A stretch of DNA of 64,000 nucleotides, from contig JAZLAM010000022.1 in NCBI GenBank assembly GCA_045613125.1, positions 7,227 through 71,226 of the forward strand. The letters are read 5' to 3'. Numbering within the stretch: the first letter of the stretch is position 1; each line of letters opens with the position of its first letter. A model generated the notes under the pieces. The model saw only the letters and a list, made by a program, of their open reading frames with translations, did no database searches and had not been told where the DNA came from. Origin of the DNA: Alphaproteobacteria bacterium (GTDB taxonomy: Bacteria; Pseudomonadota; Alphaproteobacteria; RF32; CAG-239). Position numbers and translations under genes: made by a program. Positions 39,003 through 48,496 of this stretch are shown piece after piece.

Positions 39003-39265
39003 TTTTACATCCTATTTTGTTGAGTATGAAACTTTATAGCATATAAAAAACAAAAACACAAGACAAAAATTAGTTCCAGAAGAAAAAAACTTCTTGACAA
39101 GTTTCAGGGCTTTTCATATAAACAAAATGAGCTTGGTAGATTCCAAACTCATTAACTGGCAAATCAGAAACATGACTTGCGCTGTCTTTTGCACCTCTAG
39201 TAATAGTCATTTTTCTTGGTTTGTCAATTGAATTTTAACAATAAAGCCAAGAAAGGAAAATAAAA

Positions 39266-39562
39266 ATGGCTATAAATTATAAAATTGTAAATGATATACT
39301 TAATTATATCGGAAATGAAAATAAATCAGATTGGTATATAGGAATAGCAACATATCCACGTAATAGGTTATTTGGAGATCACAATGTGAATGAACTTAGT
39401 GGTCGATGGATTTATAATACTAATCCAATGAGTGAAAATGACGCAAGAGAAACAGAGGCTTACCTATTAAAAATGTATCCTTTTAAGGGAAATACTGGTG
39501 GTGGAGACCATCCTCAGTATGTTTATGCTTATAAAATAACTTCATATACTAGAGAATCATAA
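39266..39562 (+). CDS. Hypothetical protein (98 aa), weak GIY-YIG-like half motif
   Basis: WYIGIATYPRNRLFGDH resembles the YIG...R...H part of GIY-YIG domains. The first GIY element is not evident. Confidence 0.3.
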   Translation: MAINYKIVNDILNYIGNENKSDWYIGIATYPRNRLFGDHNVNELSGRWIYNTNPMSENDARETEAYLLKMYPFKGNTGGGDHPQYVYAYKITSYTRES

Positions 39563-39600
39563 AAATGGGCGGATATTCCGCCCTTATTTTTCCAAAGTGA
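39563..39600 (+). terminator. Rho-independent terminator
   Basis: gggcggatattccgccc hairpin followed by a T-run. Confidence 0.55.
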
Positions 39601-39950
39601 CCAGCCAGAAGTGACCAGTGACCAGCCAGAATTTTTTATACCCCCTTATAACCCTTGTGTTTATTGGGGTTTGGGATATACCCGACCAGCCAAAATTTTT
39701 CTGTTTCGCTAGAAATATGGCGCGGCTTGCGTCCCCGCATATGAATTATCGCTAGGAAGGACCCGCTGGTACCTTAACCCCCTAAAAAGGACTGGCCCTC
39801 TATACTCAACCGGCGGTTATGGTCATGTTAGTATTATACTATCCGCCAAAATCGGGCAAAATCCGGGATAGTATGTAGATACTATGATAGTATCCGGTAA
39901 TTTGGCGAAAAACCAGAGATACTATCTTGTTAGTATCATACTATCCTTAA
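39600..39950. repeat. Direct repeats and clustered TAGTAT/ATACTA palindromes (candidate att or recombination site)
   Basis: GTGACCAGCCAGAA appears twice, plus cccgaccagccaaaa. A GC-rich segment follows. Beyond it there are at least 7 copies of GATAGTAT/ATACTATC forming palindromes such as atagtatgtagatactat and tagtatcatacta. Confidence 0.55.
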
Positions 39951-40009
39951 TTTTAGAAACCACCGCAAATTTTGTATTTGGAATAGGGCAGATTTGTTTA
40001 TCACCTCCT

Positions 40010-40801
40010 TTACAAATACTCGCCGGTTTTGTGGGTGTGGCAGAGGGCAAAGTGCCAGCCGTCTAGTTTCTTACCGCTTCTTTCACACCAACCGTTGGCT
40101 TCATAATAACTATAAAAGCCTTCCAGATTGATATAGATGTTCTTTTCGGCCACATACCGTTCCACTTCCTGCCAGTTAGGTGGCAGTTGTGTGAAGTGAT
40201 ACTTAAACTTCGCGCCCACTCCTAATCCTTGCCGAGCCAAAACATCACCAAGCCCAACCAAACCACTACCGGTTCGTTTTTGCTCAAAAATCGCCGGCTC
40301 AGCTAATTTCTTTTCATTATTTACATTATTACCTTGTTTTCTTTCTTCAGTCGTTGGCGGATAGTCGGCGATTAAACGGCTTTCATCCGGCGGACAAGTG
40401 GCGGTGGTGTTCGGCGTTATATCCTCAAAGCCCTGATATTTATTATAGTTAATGAGCCTGACAAGTGTGGCACATCCGATACGTGTTGTTGTAATATCGT
40501 TGGTGCGTTTGAGTTTATTAAGTAGTCGCCTGATTTGGTCCTTGGATTTATCCAGAGTTTCAGCCAATCGCATGTGGCTGATGACAACTTCGCCCCGATG
40601 AACAATAATATCCTTAAAGGGCTTATCTTTGAAATTTGCCGTCAGCATCAGGTGGAGATATAGTTGCAAAACATTTGCATCTGAATACCAATGCCAATCT
40701 TGAAAATCGCGGTAGAACTTAATAAATCCGCCTTTGACAACTTCCTTTTTGTGAAAAGACAAAGAGGTATTGTCAGACTTATGGTGTATCATATCTGTCA
40801 T
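40010..40801 (-). CDS. Phage/plasmid replication-like protein (263 aa)
   Basis: Higher-GC gene adjacent to the serine recombinase. N-terminal region FIKFYRDFQDWHWY...GEVVISHMRLAETL and C-terminal Cys/His-containing domain resemble mobile-element replication proteins. The assignment is tentative. Confidence 0.35.
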   Translation of the reverse strand: MTDMIHHKSDNTSLSFHKKEVVKGGFIKFYRDFQDWHWYSDANVLQLYLHLMLTANFKDKPFKDIIVHRGEVVISHMRLAETLDKSKDQIRRLLNKLKRTNDITTTRIGCATLVRLINYNKYQGFEDITPNTTATCPPDESRLIADYPPTTEERKQGNNVNNEKKLAEPAIFEQKRTGSGLVGLGDVLARQGLGVGAKFKYHFTQLPPNWQEVERYVAEKNIYINLEGFYSYYEANGWCERSGKKLDGWHFALCHTHKTGEYL

Positions 40802-40816
40802 GAGAAAACTCCTGTC

Positions 40817-42445
40817 TTAAATTTCCGGGAAGTTATATTTTTTGCGTTGTTCGGCCCAAATTGGTGGAATTTCCTCGCGTATCAGACGTTTTAAGATAAA
40901 GTCTGCCGGTTGAGTGCCTGCCAGAATGGATTTGATAATATCCGGTGCCAACGAAGTTAAACGAAGAATACGTCCCAAATAACCGGCATCCAGTTCTTCA
41001 TGTAACGATAGTTCGGCAATAGTCATTCGACCGGAGGTTAATATCTTTTGATATTTAAACGCTTTGGAAAGGGCTTTGATAAGCTCTTTATTCGGGCAAG
41101 AGTTTTGCGTTAACGCTTCCGGAACTGTCACCTGTAATACACCATGCGTTCTGGAAAGAGGGACATCTATTGTCATGATGTCGTCTTTGGTTTGAGCGGC
41201 GTATTTATCAGGTAAAATATCCAGCGCCAAAGCAGTCCATTTGATTTCCAAATTATCACATTGAACCGTAATGTTTTCGATTAACTCTTTGACTAAAAGC
41301 GATTTATCAAGCTCACTCATCTTTGCCAAGACCTTTTCTGGATGTTGCATAATCTTAAACAGCTCTTTGGTTTTATCCGGTGCAATTTGCTTGATAAGTC
41401 CGTTTAGGATATGGGCATCTTTTAGCATTGGCGTGATGATTTGTATAATCGCTTCATCAAGGATAGCCACCGCTACCGAGCCATTATGACAAGTATGATA
41501 GCCGTAGTATTTGGCTTTGGTCGAGGTATAATAATAACGCCTGCGACCATGTCCCATGCTGACCGTTGGTGTCATTCGGGTATGGCAGCAACCACAAGTT
41601 AAAATACCACGCAAAATGCCGACTTCGTTTTTCTTGTATAAGCAAGAGCGTTTGGCTACATCTTTGGAGGCTCTGATTTCGGCAACCTTATCAAATGTTT
41701 CTTGATCGATAATGGCCGGATGTTGTCCATCATATAGTTCATTTTTGTGTTTGACTTTGCCAAGGTAAACCGGATTTTTGAGTAATCGTTTTATCATCTC
41801 TCGGCGGTATTCTATACCGTATTTATCTTTGACTAACTTACAGACGGCGGTAATGGATTTATGCTTTAGATAACTTTCAAACATAAAGCGTATCATTTCG
41901 CCTTCTTCCGGTTTAATTTTGAGCTTTTTGTTGATAGCAACATAACCGGTCGGAACAGCACCGCCCATCCACATGCCTTTCTTTTTAGACGCGGCTACTT
42001 TATCACGAATACGTTCACCGCTGACTTCCCGTTCAAATTGAGCAAATGAAAGTAAGATATTGAGCATCAAACGGCCCATACTGTCGGCGGTATTAAAATT
42101 TTGGGTTACCGATACGAAAGAGCAGTTGTTCTTTTCCAATATCTCAATCATTTTGGAAAAGTCGGTTAATGACCTGGTTAACCGGTCTATTTTATAAACG
42201 ACAATCATGTCAACTTTGCCGGCATTGATGTCTTCTAACAGGCGCTCTAAGGCGGGTCTATTCATATTACCGCCGGAAAAGCCTCCATCATCATAATGTT
42301 CAGGAATGATTTTCCAACCTTGATGTTTCTGACTTAATACATAATTTTCACCGGCTTCACGCTGAGCTTCTAATGTATTAAACTCTTTATCCAACCCTTC
42401 ATCGGTTGATTTTCGGGTATAAATGGCACAACGAACTTCTTTCAT
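40817..42445 (-). CDS. Large serine recombinase
   Basis: N-terminal resolvase domain (CAIYTRKSTDEG with catalytic Ser). A recombinase domain and a zinc ribbon (CGCCHTRM...C). 542 aa. GC clearly above that of neighbouring genes. Confidence 0.85.
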   Translation of the reverse strand: MKEVRCAIYTRKSTDEGLDKEFNTLEAQREAGENYVLSQKHQGWKIIPEHYDDGGFSGGNMNRPALERLLEDINAGKVDMIVVYKIDRLTRSLTDFSKMIEILEKNNCSFVSVTQNFNTADSMGRLMLNILLSFAQFEREVSGERIRDKVAASKKKGMWMGGAVPTGYVAINKKLKIKPEEGEMIRFMFESYLKHKSITAVCKLVKDKYGIEYRREMIKRLLKNPVYLGKVKHKNELYDGQHPAIIDQETFDKVAEIRASKDVAKRSCLYKKNEVGILRGILTCGCCHTRMTPTVSMGHGRRRYYYTSTKAKYYGYHTCHNGSVAVAILDEAIIQIITPMLKDAHILNGLIKQIAPDKTKELFKIMQHPEKVLAKMSELDKSLLVKELIENITVQCDNLEIKWTALALDILPDKYAAQTKDDIMTIDVPLSRTHGVLQVTVPEALTQNSCPNKELIKALSKAFKYQKILTSGRMTIAELSLHEELDAGYLGRILRLTSLAPDIIKSILAGTQPADFILKRLIREEIPPIWAEQRKKYNFPEI

Positions 42446-42447
42446 GG

Positions 42448-42849
42448 CTATACTCCAAAAAATTCTTTGCCGGAGATTTTCCGACCGGTTATTTCCAAAG
42501 CGATAGCCGATAGAGATTTATAAACCTGGCCATCAAACTCAAAACCATCTTTCAACACACGCAGACGATAAACATTACCCTTGAACCGTTTGATAAGCTC
42601 TGTGCCAACGGGCAAATAAGTTGCATTATCGGGTTCATCATCCATTGTTTCAAGTAGGTGTTTGGTTGCACTGTCTAATCCGCCAAAGCGCAGTTCTTGC
42701 AATCTGTTTGTAACACGCCAGATAAAAAAGGACTTACGGGTGGCCTTCGTTGGAAGAGAGAAAAGCTCAATATAGAGTTTGTATAACTCATCAAAGTCTA
42801 ATTGAGGTATGTCTTCCAAAGGAATGTCTAAATTAATATTTTTGACCAT
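42448..42849 (-). CDS. DUF2924-like protein partnered with the serine recombinase
   Basis: Start assigned to MVKNINLD. Translationally coupled (3-bp gap) to the recombinase, as seen in integrative elements. Confidence 0.5.
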   Translation of the reverse strand: MVKNINLDIPLEDIPQLDFDELYKLYIELFSLPTKATRKSFFIWRVTNRLQELRFGGLDSATKHLLETMDDEPDNATYLPVGTELIKRFKGNVYRLRVLKDGFEFDGQVYKSLSAIALEITGRKISGKEFFGV

Positions 42850-43084
42850 CGTTAACTCCTTTTGTTTGACAATGAATGCTTGCTTTTGAAACAATATCAA
42901 GTGATTTTTCGGGATTTTTCGATAAATCTTTGGGCTCTGTTTCGTTTAAGATTTCAGCCACAGCTGTTTTTAACAGTTCTATGATTTCATTCATGGTTTT
43001 ATCCTTTCAGAAAGTTCCTACATACAGAACAAGTGAAAAAATCGAAAAATCGTTCTCACTTTTTTCAATTTTTTTTGTTTGTCT

Positions 43085-43840
43085 GACATAGGGTAAAAAT
43101 CCCGGAGAGGGGAAAATATTACCATGTAGAGTACACATTTTTTAATGTTTTTGATAAGTTGTTGTTTTTCAAAGAATCTTTTTTTCATAATTTTACCTTT
43201 CACTTAAAAATTATTTTCTTGTTGCATAAGGTAAAAATCCCGGAGCTCAATTTTTCGTCCCAAAAAAATGAAAAATTTTTCAATTTTTTTATAATGTATT
43301 GATTTTGAAGAAATATTTTCATACGAGTTTTTACCTTTCTTTGATGTGAAAGGTTTGTTTCCTCCTTCCACCAAAAGGTAAATTCCCGAGAATATGGAAA
43401 TGTGCCGAAAAATAAATTTTTTTTAGATAACTGTTTTTGCATATTAAAACTCCTTTTTACCATTTCATGTGGAAGAGGTTTCTTATTCCCTTCACGTATA
43501 GTAAAAATCCCGGAGTTAGATTTTTCGTCTTCAAAAAATACAAAAAAAATAAAATATTTTATAAGTTGTTGATTTTTCATAAATCTTTTTTCTCCTTTTT
43601 TACCGTTATACAGGAGTGAAAGGGAGGGTAGCCTCCTTTCACGTAAGGTAAATTCCAGGAAAATTCGAAATATTCCCCCTAGAGGAAAAATTTTTTTAAA
43701 ATCTGTTTTTACCCTTTGGTGAGAAGGGCTTTTTATGCCTTTCACGTAAGGTAAATTCCCGAGGAAGTTGAAATCCGCTCCAAAAAATATTAAAAAAATC
43801 AAATTGTTTTATAAGTGATTGAATTTGCAGATAAATAAAG
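43085..43840. repeat. Degenerate ~100-150-bp tandem array with iteron-like cores
   Basis: Six direct copies of (c)ctttcacgtaAGGTAAA(a/t)(a/t)TCCCGGAG at 43092, 43230, 43377, 43500, 43647 and 43750. Each is followed by a tttcgtc...aaaaaat and ataagttgttgattttt AT-rich segment. Confidence 0.7.
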
Positions 43841-43989
43841 TGAAGCGTCTTTTTCATTTCATGTTTTTGCAAGTTTTCATTTAATGATTTTGCAGAAATT
43901 CATTTCATGGTTTTACAATTTATCGTTCGGTAGTTTGAGGATTTTTTATTTCTTGATTTTACAAAAAGTATGATATTCGGTAAATTTTG

Positions 43990-44056
43990 CTTGCTTTTTC
44001 GGTAATTATTCGGTAATATTTAGGTAATTATCCGGTAATATTCCGGTAAATTTAAT
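43990..44056 (+). promoter_or_regulatory. Five helically phased direct repeats (t)CGGTAAT immediately upstream of fic
   Basis: cggtaattatt, cggtaatattta, ggtaattatc, cggtaatattc and cggtaaattta at 10-12-bp spacing. The array ends ~15 bp before the fic start. Confidence 0.5.
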
Positions 44057-45127
44057 TTGAAAGGATTAGTTATGCCTAATATGAGTGATATAGTGATTAC
44101 ACCAGATATTCTTCGTAAAATAGCTGAAATAGATACATTTAAGGGTTCGTGGAATAGCGGTGGTATAAAAATTGAACCAGAACAATTAAAGACAATGAAA
44201 AGAATTGCTACCATTGAGTCTATTGGTTCATCTAATCGCATAGAGGGTAATAAATTAAACGATATAGATGTTGAAACAGTATTTAACAATATAACAAAAA
44301 AATCTTTTCAAACACGTGATGAGCAAGAAGTTGCAGGATATGCAGATTTACTAGCTACAATCTTTGATAGTTACCAAGATATCCCTTTATCAGAGAACTA
44401 CATTCGTCAATTACACAAAATTTTATTAAGTTACTCAACAAAAGATGAGCGTCATAGAGGTGAGTATAAGAAAGATTCAAATAGAGTTGCTGCTTTTGAT
44501 GCAGATGGTAATGAAATAGGTACAATATTTGAAACAGCTACTCCATTTGATACTCCTCGTTTGATGCAAGAGTTAGTTGATTGGACTAATGTTAATTTTA
44601 ATGATGGGTACTTTCATCCTATTATCACAATAGGTGTATTTGTTGTTCACTTTTTATCAATACACCCTTTTACAGATGGTAATGGGCGCTTATCACGAGC
44701 ATTAACAACAATGTTATTGCTTAAAAACGGATATAACTATATGCCATATGCATCTATGGAATCAATTATCGAAGCAAATAAAGAAGGTTATTATAGGGCT
44801 TTAAGAGCAACTCAAAAAACAATTTGGACAGATAAGGTTAATTATGAACCTTGGCTAACATTCTTTATTACCTCATTACAAAAACAAAAACGTCATCTAG
44901 AAGAGAAAATTACCAAAGTATCTGGCACAACAAGATATAATAAAACAGAAGAAAGTATAATTGCTTTATTTGATGAAAAGTCATCTTGGAGTGTATTAGA
45001 GATAGCTCAAGAACTTAATAAAAACAACGAAACCATCAAAAAGAATGTTCAAAATCTTGTGAAAAAAGACATTTTAGAAAAACAAGGTTCAACCAAAGGA
45101 ACATACTATATTTTGAAAAAGCAATAG
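44057..45127 (+). CDS. fic: Fic family protein (AMPylase-type)
   Basis: Canonical motif HPFTDGNGRLSRAL. C-terminal winged-HTH-like region. Confidence 0.8.
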   Translation: MKGLVMPNMSDIVITPDILRKIAEIDTFKGSWNSGGIKIEPEQLKTMKRIATIESIGSSNRIEGNKLNDIDVETVFNNITKKSFQTRDEQEVAGYADLLATIFDSYQDIPLSENYIRQLHKILLSYSTKDERHRGEYKKDSNRVAAFDADGNEIGTIFETATPFDTPRLMQELVDWTNVNFNDGYFHPIITIGVFVVHFLSIHPFTDGNGRLSRALTTMLLLKNGYNYMPYASMESIIEANKEGYYRALRATQKTIWTDKVNYEPWLTFFITSLQKQKRHLEEKITKVSGTTRYNKTEESIIALFDEKSSWSVLEIAQELNKNNETIKKNVQNLVKKDILEKQGSTKGTYYILKKQ

Positions 45128-45261
45128 ATTTGTCAGGATAGATAACGTGGGGTACATTATAGATACAAGCTCAGACCAGTTTGAGCTGTATCTTTTTGTA
45201 AGTATCGGTAATATAAAGATATTTAAAAATGGCTGTACCAATGGGGTCCTGTCCACCACCA

Positions 45262-45295
45262 TAAACAAAACCCCTCCCTTTAGTGGAGGGTTTTT
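45262..45295. terminator. Bidirectional terminator between fic and the low-molecular-weight protein tyrosine phosphatase copy B
   Basis: cccctccctttagtggaggg hairpin with T-runs on both strands. A second hairpin gatacaagctca...tgagctgtatc at 45158-45195 is also followed by a T-run. Confidence 0.55.
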
Positions 45296-45326
45296 ATTAC
45301 TCATTTCTTTAATTTTTCACATTTAA

Positions 45327-45791
45327 TCAGTCTTGCATTTTCAAATACTCTAAAAACGCCTGACAGCCTTCAACGATATCCCAATAGGTTTCATCAAAAT
45401 TGCCGGTGTACCAAGGGTCTTTGATATTGCGGGGCTTATTTGCAAAATCGAGTAAGCGGTGGATTTTGTTATCTGTATCAACGCCAACGATAGATTGAAT
45501 ATCCTCTATATTACTATCATCCATCGCTAAAATATAATCATAATAAGCATAATCGTGCGGACGAATGCGACGGGAGTAATGTTCTTCAAACGGCACATGC
45601 ATAACATTTAATATATCACGCGTACCATAATGAATACCGGTATGACACATCTCGTTATATCCTTCGGTGGCGGCAGAATCTATTTCAAATTTATCAGATA
45701 AACCACGCTCTTCTATCATTTGCTTAAACACAAACTGTGCCATCGGTGACCGACATATATTTCCAAGACATACAAATAAAACTTTAATCAT
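45327..45791 (-). CDS. Low-molecular-weight protein tyrosine phosphatase (copy B)
   Basis: Same CX5R P-loop and DPWYTG as copy A. ~90% aa identity and ~85-90% nt identity to copy A. Confidence 0.8.
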   Translation of the reverse strand: MIKVLFVCLGNICRSPMAQFVFKQMIEERGLSDKFEIDSAATEGYNEMCHTGIHYGTRDILNVMHVPFEEHYSRRIRPHDYAYYDYILAMDDSNIEDIQSIVGVDTDNKIHRLLDFANKPRNIKDPWYTGNFDETYWDIVEGCQAFLEYLKMQD

Positions 45792-46480
45792 TATGTTCTA
45801 TCTCTGCAATTTGACATATTTTTTATTAAGACGTTTTGTTGATATATTTTCTTCTCTTCAGCAAACAAATCTGATATTTCTTTTTTCCAGGCTTTAATAT
45901 TTGCATAAATTTTTGTTAGCTCTCCTGCTCTTTTTTCTTTAGGCAACTTCATAATCAGACAGTTTATCATGGTTGTCAAATTATTTGCTTTGGCACTACT
46001 TGGCGGATTTTTTTTAGAAAGTTGTTCTGCTTTTAAAATTTCTGATATTGGCAATTTTAATTGCGGATTTTTAGCATTTACGTTTTTAATACATCCAACC
46101 AAATATTTGCTATCTATTTTACCTTTAATTATTCTTCCGTAATATTGTAAAAAGCAAAATTCTTCAAACGGCATATCAAAAACTAATTTTGTATCGGCAT
46201 ATTTTTCATCATTAAAACAAGAAAAATCATCTTTTTGCATACTCTGCCAAAATGTGTTTTCATTATAAACTGAAACCATTGATGTTACATGATTATAATT
46301 TCCACCCTTTTGATATGCATCACATTTGGCTGCAATTCTGTTAAAAATAAGACCATTTTGTTTAATGTTATTTACATTTTTACCATCATGCATAATACAT
46401 CTGTGCACGAGCCTTATCCAATCTTTTTTAAGAGATGGCAAATTTTCTAATTTATCATAAGCATCAAAACTCATCTTCAT
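45791..46480 (-). CDS. Hypothetical protein (229 aa)
   Basis: Overlaps the neighbouring genes' stop and start. No motif recognised. Confidence 0.4.
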   Translation of the reverse strand: MKMSFDAYDKLENLPSLKKDWIRLVHRCIMHDGKNVNNIKQNGLIFNRIAAKCDAYQKGGNYNHVTSMVSVYNENTFWQSMQKDDFSCFNDEKYADTKLVFDMPFEEFCFLQYYGRIIKGKIDSKYLVGCIKNVNAKNPQLKLPISEILKAEQLSKKNPPSSAKANNLTTMINCLIMKLPKEKRAGELTKIYANIKAWKKEISDLFAEEKKIYQQNVLIKNMSNCRDRT

Positions 46481-46916
46481 AGAACCTTATCTCAGAATTT
46501 ATTTTACCAACTGCTTCTTTTAAATATGGACACGTATTTTCCGGTGTATTATTCCAACTGTGCCATTCCAGACGATCACACTTATTAGGTTCTTTATTTT
46601 CGATTACCCCGGACCATTTTAGACATTCAAAGTAAAACTGCATATATTCTTCACCTTTATTACTATGGCAAATTGTCTTTAAAATTAAATCTTCAGGCTG
46701 TATATCCACACCTATTTCTTCTTTAGCTTCACGAATTGCCGCCGATAAAATTTTTTCATTACCGTCTAAATGTCCTCCGACAAATCCCCAATTTCCGGCA
46801 AACGAACAATTTTTTCTAAGTTGCAATAAAACTTTATCATCTTTACGCAACATAACAAAAATTCCGACAGGAACTTTAAACCTTTTGGGTCCTGACATCT
46901 TATCTCCTTTTAACAA
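46464..46916 (-). CDS. NUDIX hydrolase
   Basis: Nudix box GGHLDGNEKILSAAIREAKEEIGV. Confidence 0.7.
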   Translation of the reverse strand: MLKGDKMSGPKRFKVPVGIFVMLRKDDKVLLQLRKNCSFAGNWGFVGGHLDGNEKILSAAIREAKEEIGVDIQPEDLILKTICHSNKGEEYMQFYFECLKWSGVIENKEPNKCDRLEWHSWNNTPENTCPYLKEAVGKINSEIRFYEDEF

Positions 46917-46937
46917 AAATATAATGCGCCATATCTT

Positions 46938-47921
46938 TTAATGTCTGGTTTTAGGATAATTTTTCAGTTTTGCATATTCTATCGTATTTTCCCAAGCATT
47001 AACATAGCTGTTTCTGATATATACGGCATCATCAAACTCTTTTTTCATTCCTTCTGCTGAGTATATCGGTAACAACGTATTATATATTTCTATCTTGGCA
47101 GTAAATTTTTTAGCCCTTCCCCAATCTTTATAATTAACTAAATTGAGAGCTTCCTTACATAGTCTTATTTTTTCTTGATTTGTAGTAGCCTTAGGAAGTT
47201 CTACACGCATTATATCATCATAGCGCAATTGTTTTTCTTTAATTTTTTCTGCCTTATTTTCTGCATCTTTAGTCGTTTTTTCTTTTTTTAGAGCAGATTT
47301 ATATGAACTATAATCATAACTGTCTTTATCTTTTGTTTTTCTGATTATAGAATCAAGAAGCTTAATACGATCTTCAACAGGTATCGAACGCATAAAATAT
47401 TCCATACGTTTTTTAGAAATATTCAGTGGATCATGGTCAAATGTACCGTCGTTTTGCTTAACGGTATCAACCATTTGTTTTATAATATCAAACAAACGTT
47501 GTTTACCTGACGGATTTGTTTGTTCTTCAATATTATACCTTAAATTATGTAAAGCTACACGAAGTTTCATTTCTTCTGCGTTATCTTTATCAAAAAGTTG
47601 CAAAACTTTACCTATATGGACATTAGTTTTATCAAAAAATTCTTCATCACAATCAGTCGAAAAAACAGCTATATCTTTTCTCAAACTTTCAACAGCATTA
47701 ATTTTTTCATGCATAGTTTCCGGGATATTAGGCAATACACGGTCTAAATGTTCTTGTCTTGTAAGCTCTTTTTCATTTTTGAACTCAAGTCCTGCTAACT
47801 GATATAAATCCGCCAACGAATTTGATGTTCCTTTAGAACCATACTCATTAGCCACACAATTAAAAGCGTATCTGCTTAGCAATTTGGCTTTTGTTATTTT
47901 TTTATCTGTATTCACAACCAT
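46938..47921 (-). CDS. Hypothetical protein (327 aa)
   Basis: Lys/Glu-rich and predicted helical. No motif recognised. Confidence 0.4.
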   Translation of the reverse strand: MVVNTDKKITKAKLLSRYAFNCVANEYGSKGTSNSLADLYQLAGLEFKNEKELTRQEHLDRVLPNIPETMHEKINAVESLRKDIAVFSTDCDEEFFDKTNVHIGKVLQLFDKDNAEEMKLRVALHNLRYNIEEQTNPSGKQRLFDIIKQMVDTVKQNDGTFDHDPLNISKKRMEYFMRSIPVEDRIKLLDSIIRKTKDKDSYDYSSYKSALKKEKTTKDAENKAEKIKEKQLRYDDIMRVELPKATTNQEKIRLCKEALNLVNYKDWGRAKKFTAKIEIYNTLLPIYSAEGMKKEFDDAVYIRNSYVNAWENTIEYAKLKNYPKTRH

Positions 47922-47926
47922 AATCT

Positions 47927-48364
47927 CTAAAGTTTTTTAACCATTTTTGCGAATGTAATGCCCTGTTCTTCAAACAAATCGCCCTCTTGTACAAATCCCA
48001 ATTTTTCATAAAACACCACCACAGAGAGCATCGCATGCATAACAATTTTACTATAACCGGCTTCTTTTGCTCTTTTTTGCGCATATCCTACCAAAGCCTT
48101 ACCTATTCCCTCACCTTGGCAAGAAGGACTTACAGCAACTTGCATCAATCTGATATCTTCATCATTTACCGGAGCTAAAATTAAACCGCCTACAAGTTTA
48201 TCTTCCAGGCTATCCAAACATCCTATATGCAAATATGAAACTTCTTTATGGCGAAAAGAATCTAAAAATTTCAACCCCAACGGTTCAAGTAAAACTTTAT
48301 AACGGAGCTCTACCAATTCATCATATCTGGATGAACCAAAATCTACATCTATCATTTTTTTCAT
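47927..48364 (-). CDS. GNAT family N-acetyltransferase
   Basis: Motif A QVAVSPSCQGEGIGKALV (Q/R-x-x-G-x-G/A). Confidence 0.7.
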   Translation of the reverse strand: MKKMIDVDFGSSRYDELVELRYKVLLEPLGLKFLDSFRHKEVSYLHIGCLDSLEDKLVGGLILAPVNDEDIRLMQVAVSPSCQGEGIGKALVGYAQKRAKEAGYSKIVMHAMLSVVVFYEKLGFVQEGDLFEEQGITFAKMVKKL

Positions 48365-48496
48365 TTTACTATCCCCTTATAAAAATATTTTAATTGCACT
48401 TATTAAAACATATTCTTGAGTTATTTTCAATAATATATTGCTAAAATAAAAAAATTAATTTATTTATAGCTATAATTAAAAACAGGAATAAATAAA

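Noticed and set aside
39884-40066. 60-aa ORF in the palindrome/att-like region
   Set aside because: Overlaps the 3' end of the 263-aa gene and the palindrome cluster. No RBS. Likely non-coding.
43200-43802. 200-aa ORF spanning the iteron-like array
   Set aside because: The translation is a low-complexity product of the tandem repeats (repeated FTxREG/KIFxxLxK strings). The region is better explained as non-coding repeat DNA.
43085-43840. Possible CRISPR array
   Set aside because: Repeat cores are degenerate and irregularly spaced (100-150 bp). The spacers share sequence with each other and no cas genes are nearby. It is inconsistent with CRISPR architecture.
39100-45300. Intact prophage
   Set aside because: No capsid, terminase, tail or lysis genes are recognisable. 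The content (serine recombinase, DUF2924, replication-like protein, iterons, fic) fits an integrated plasmid or integrative element better.
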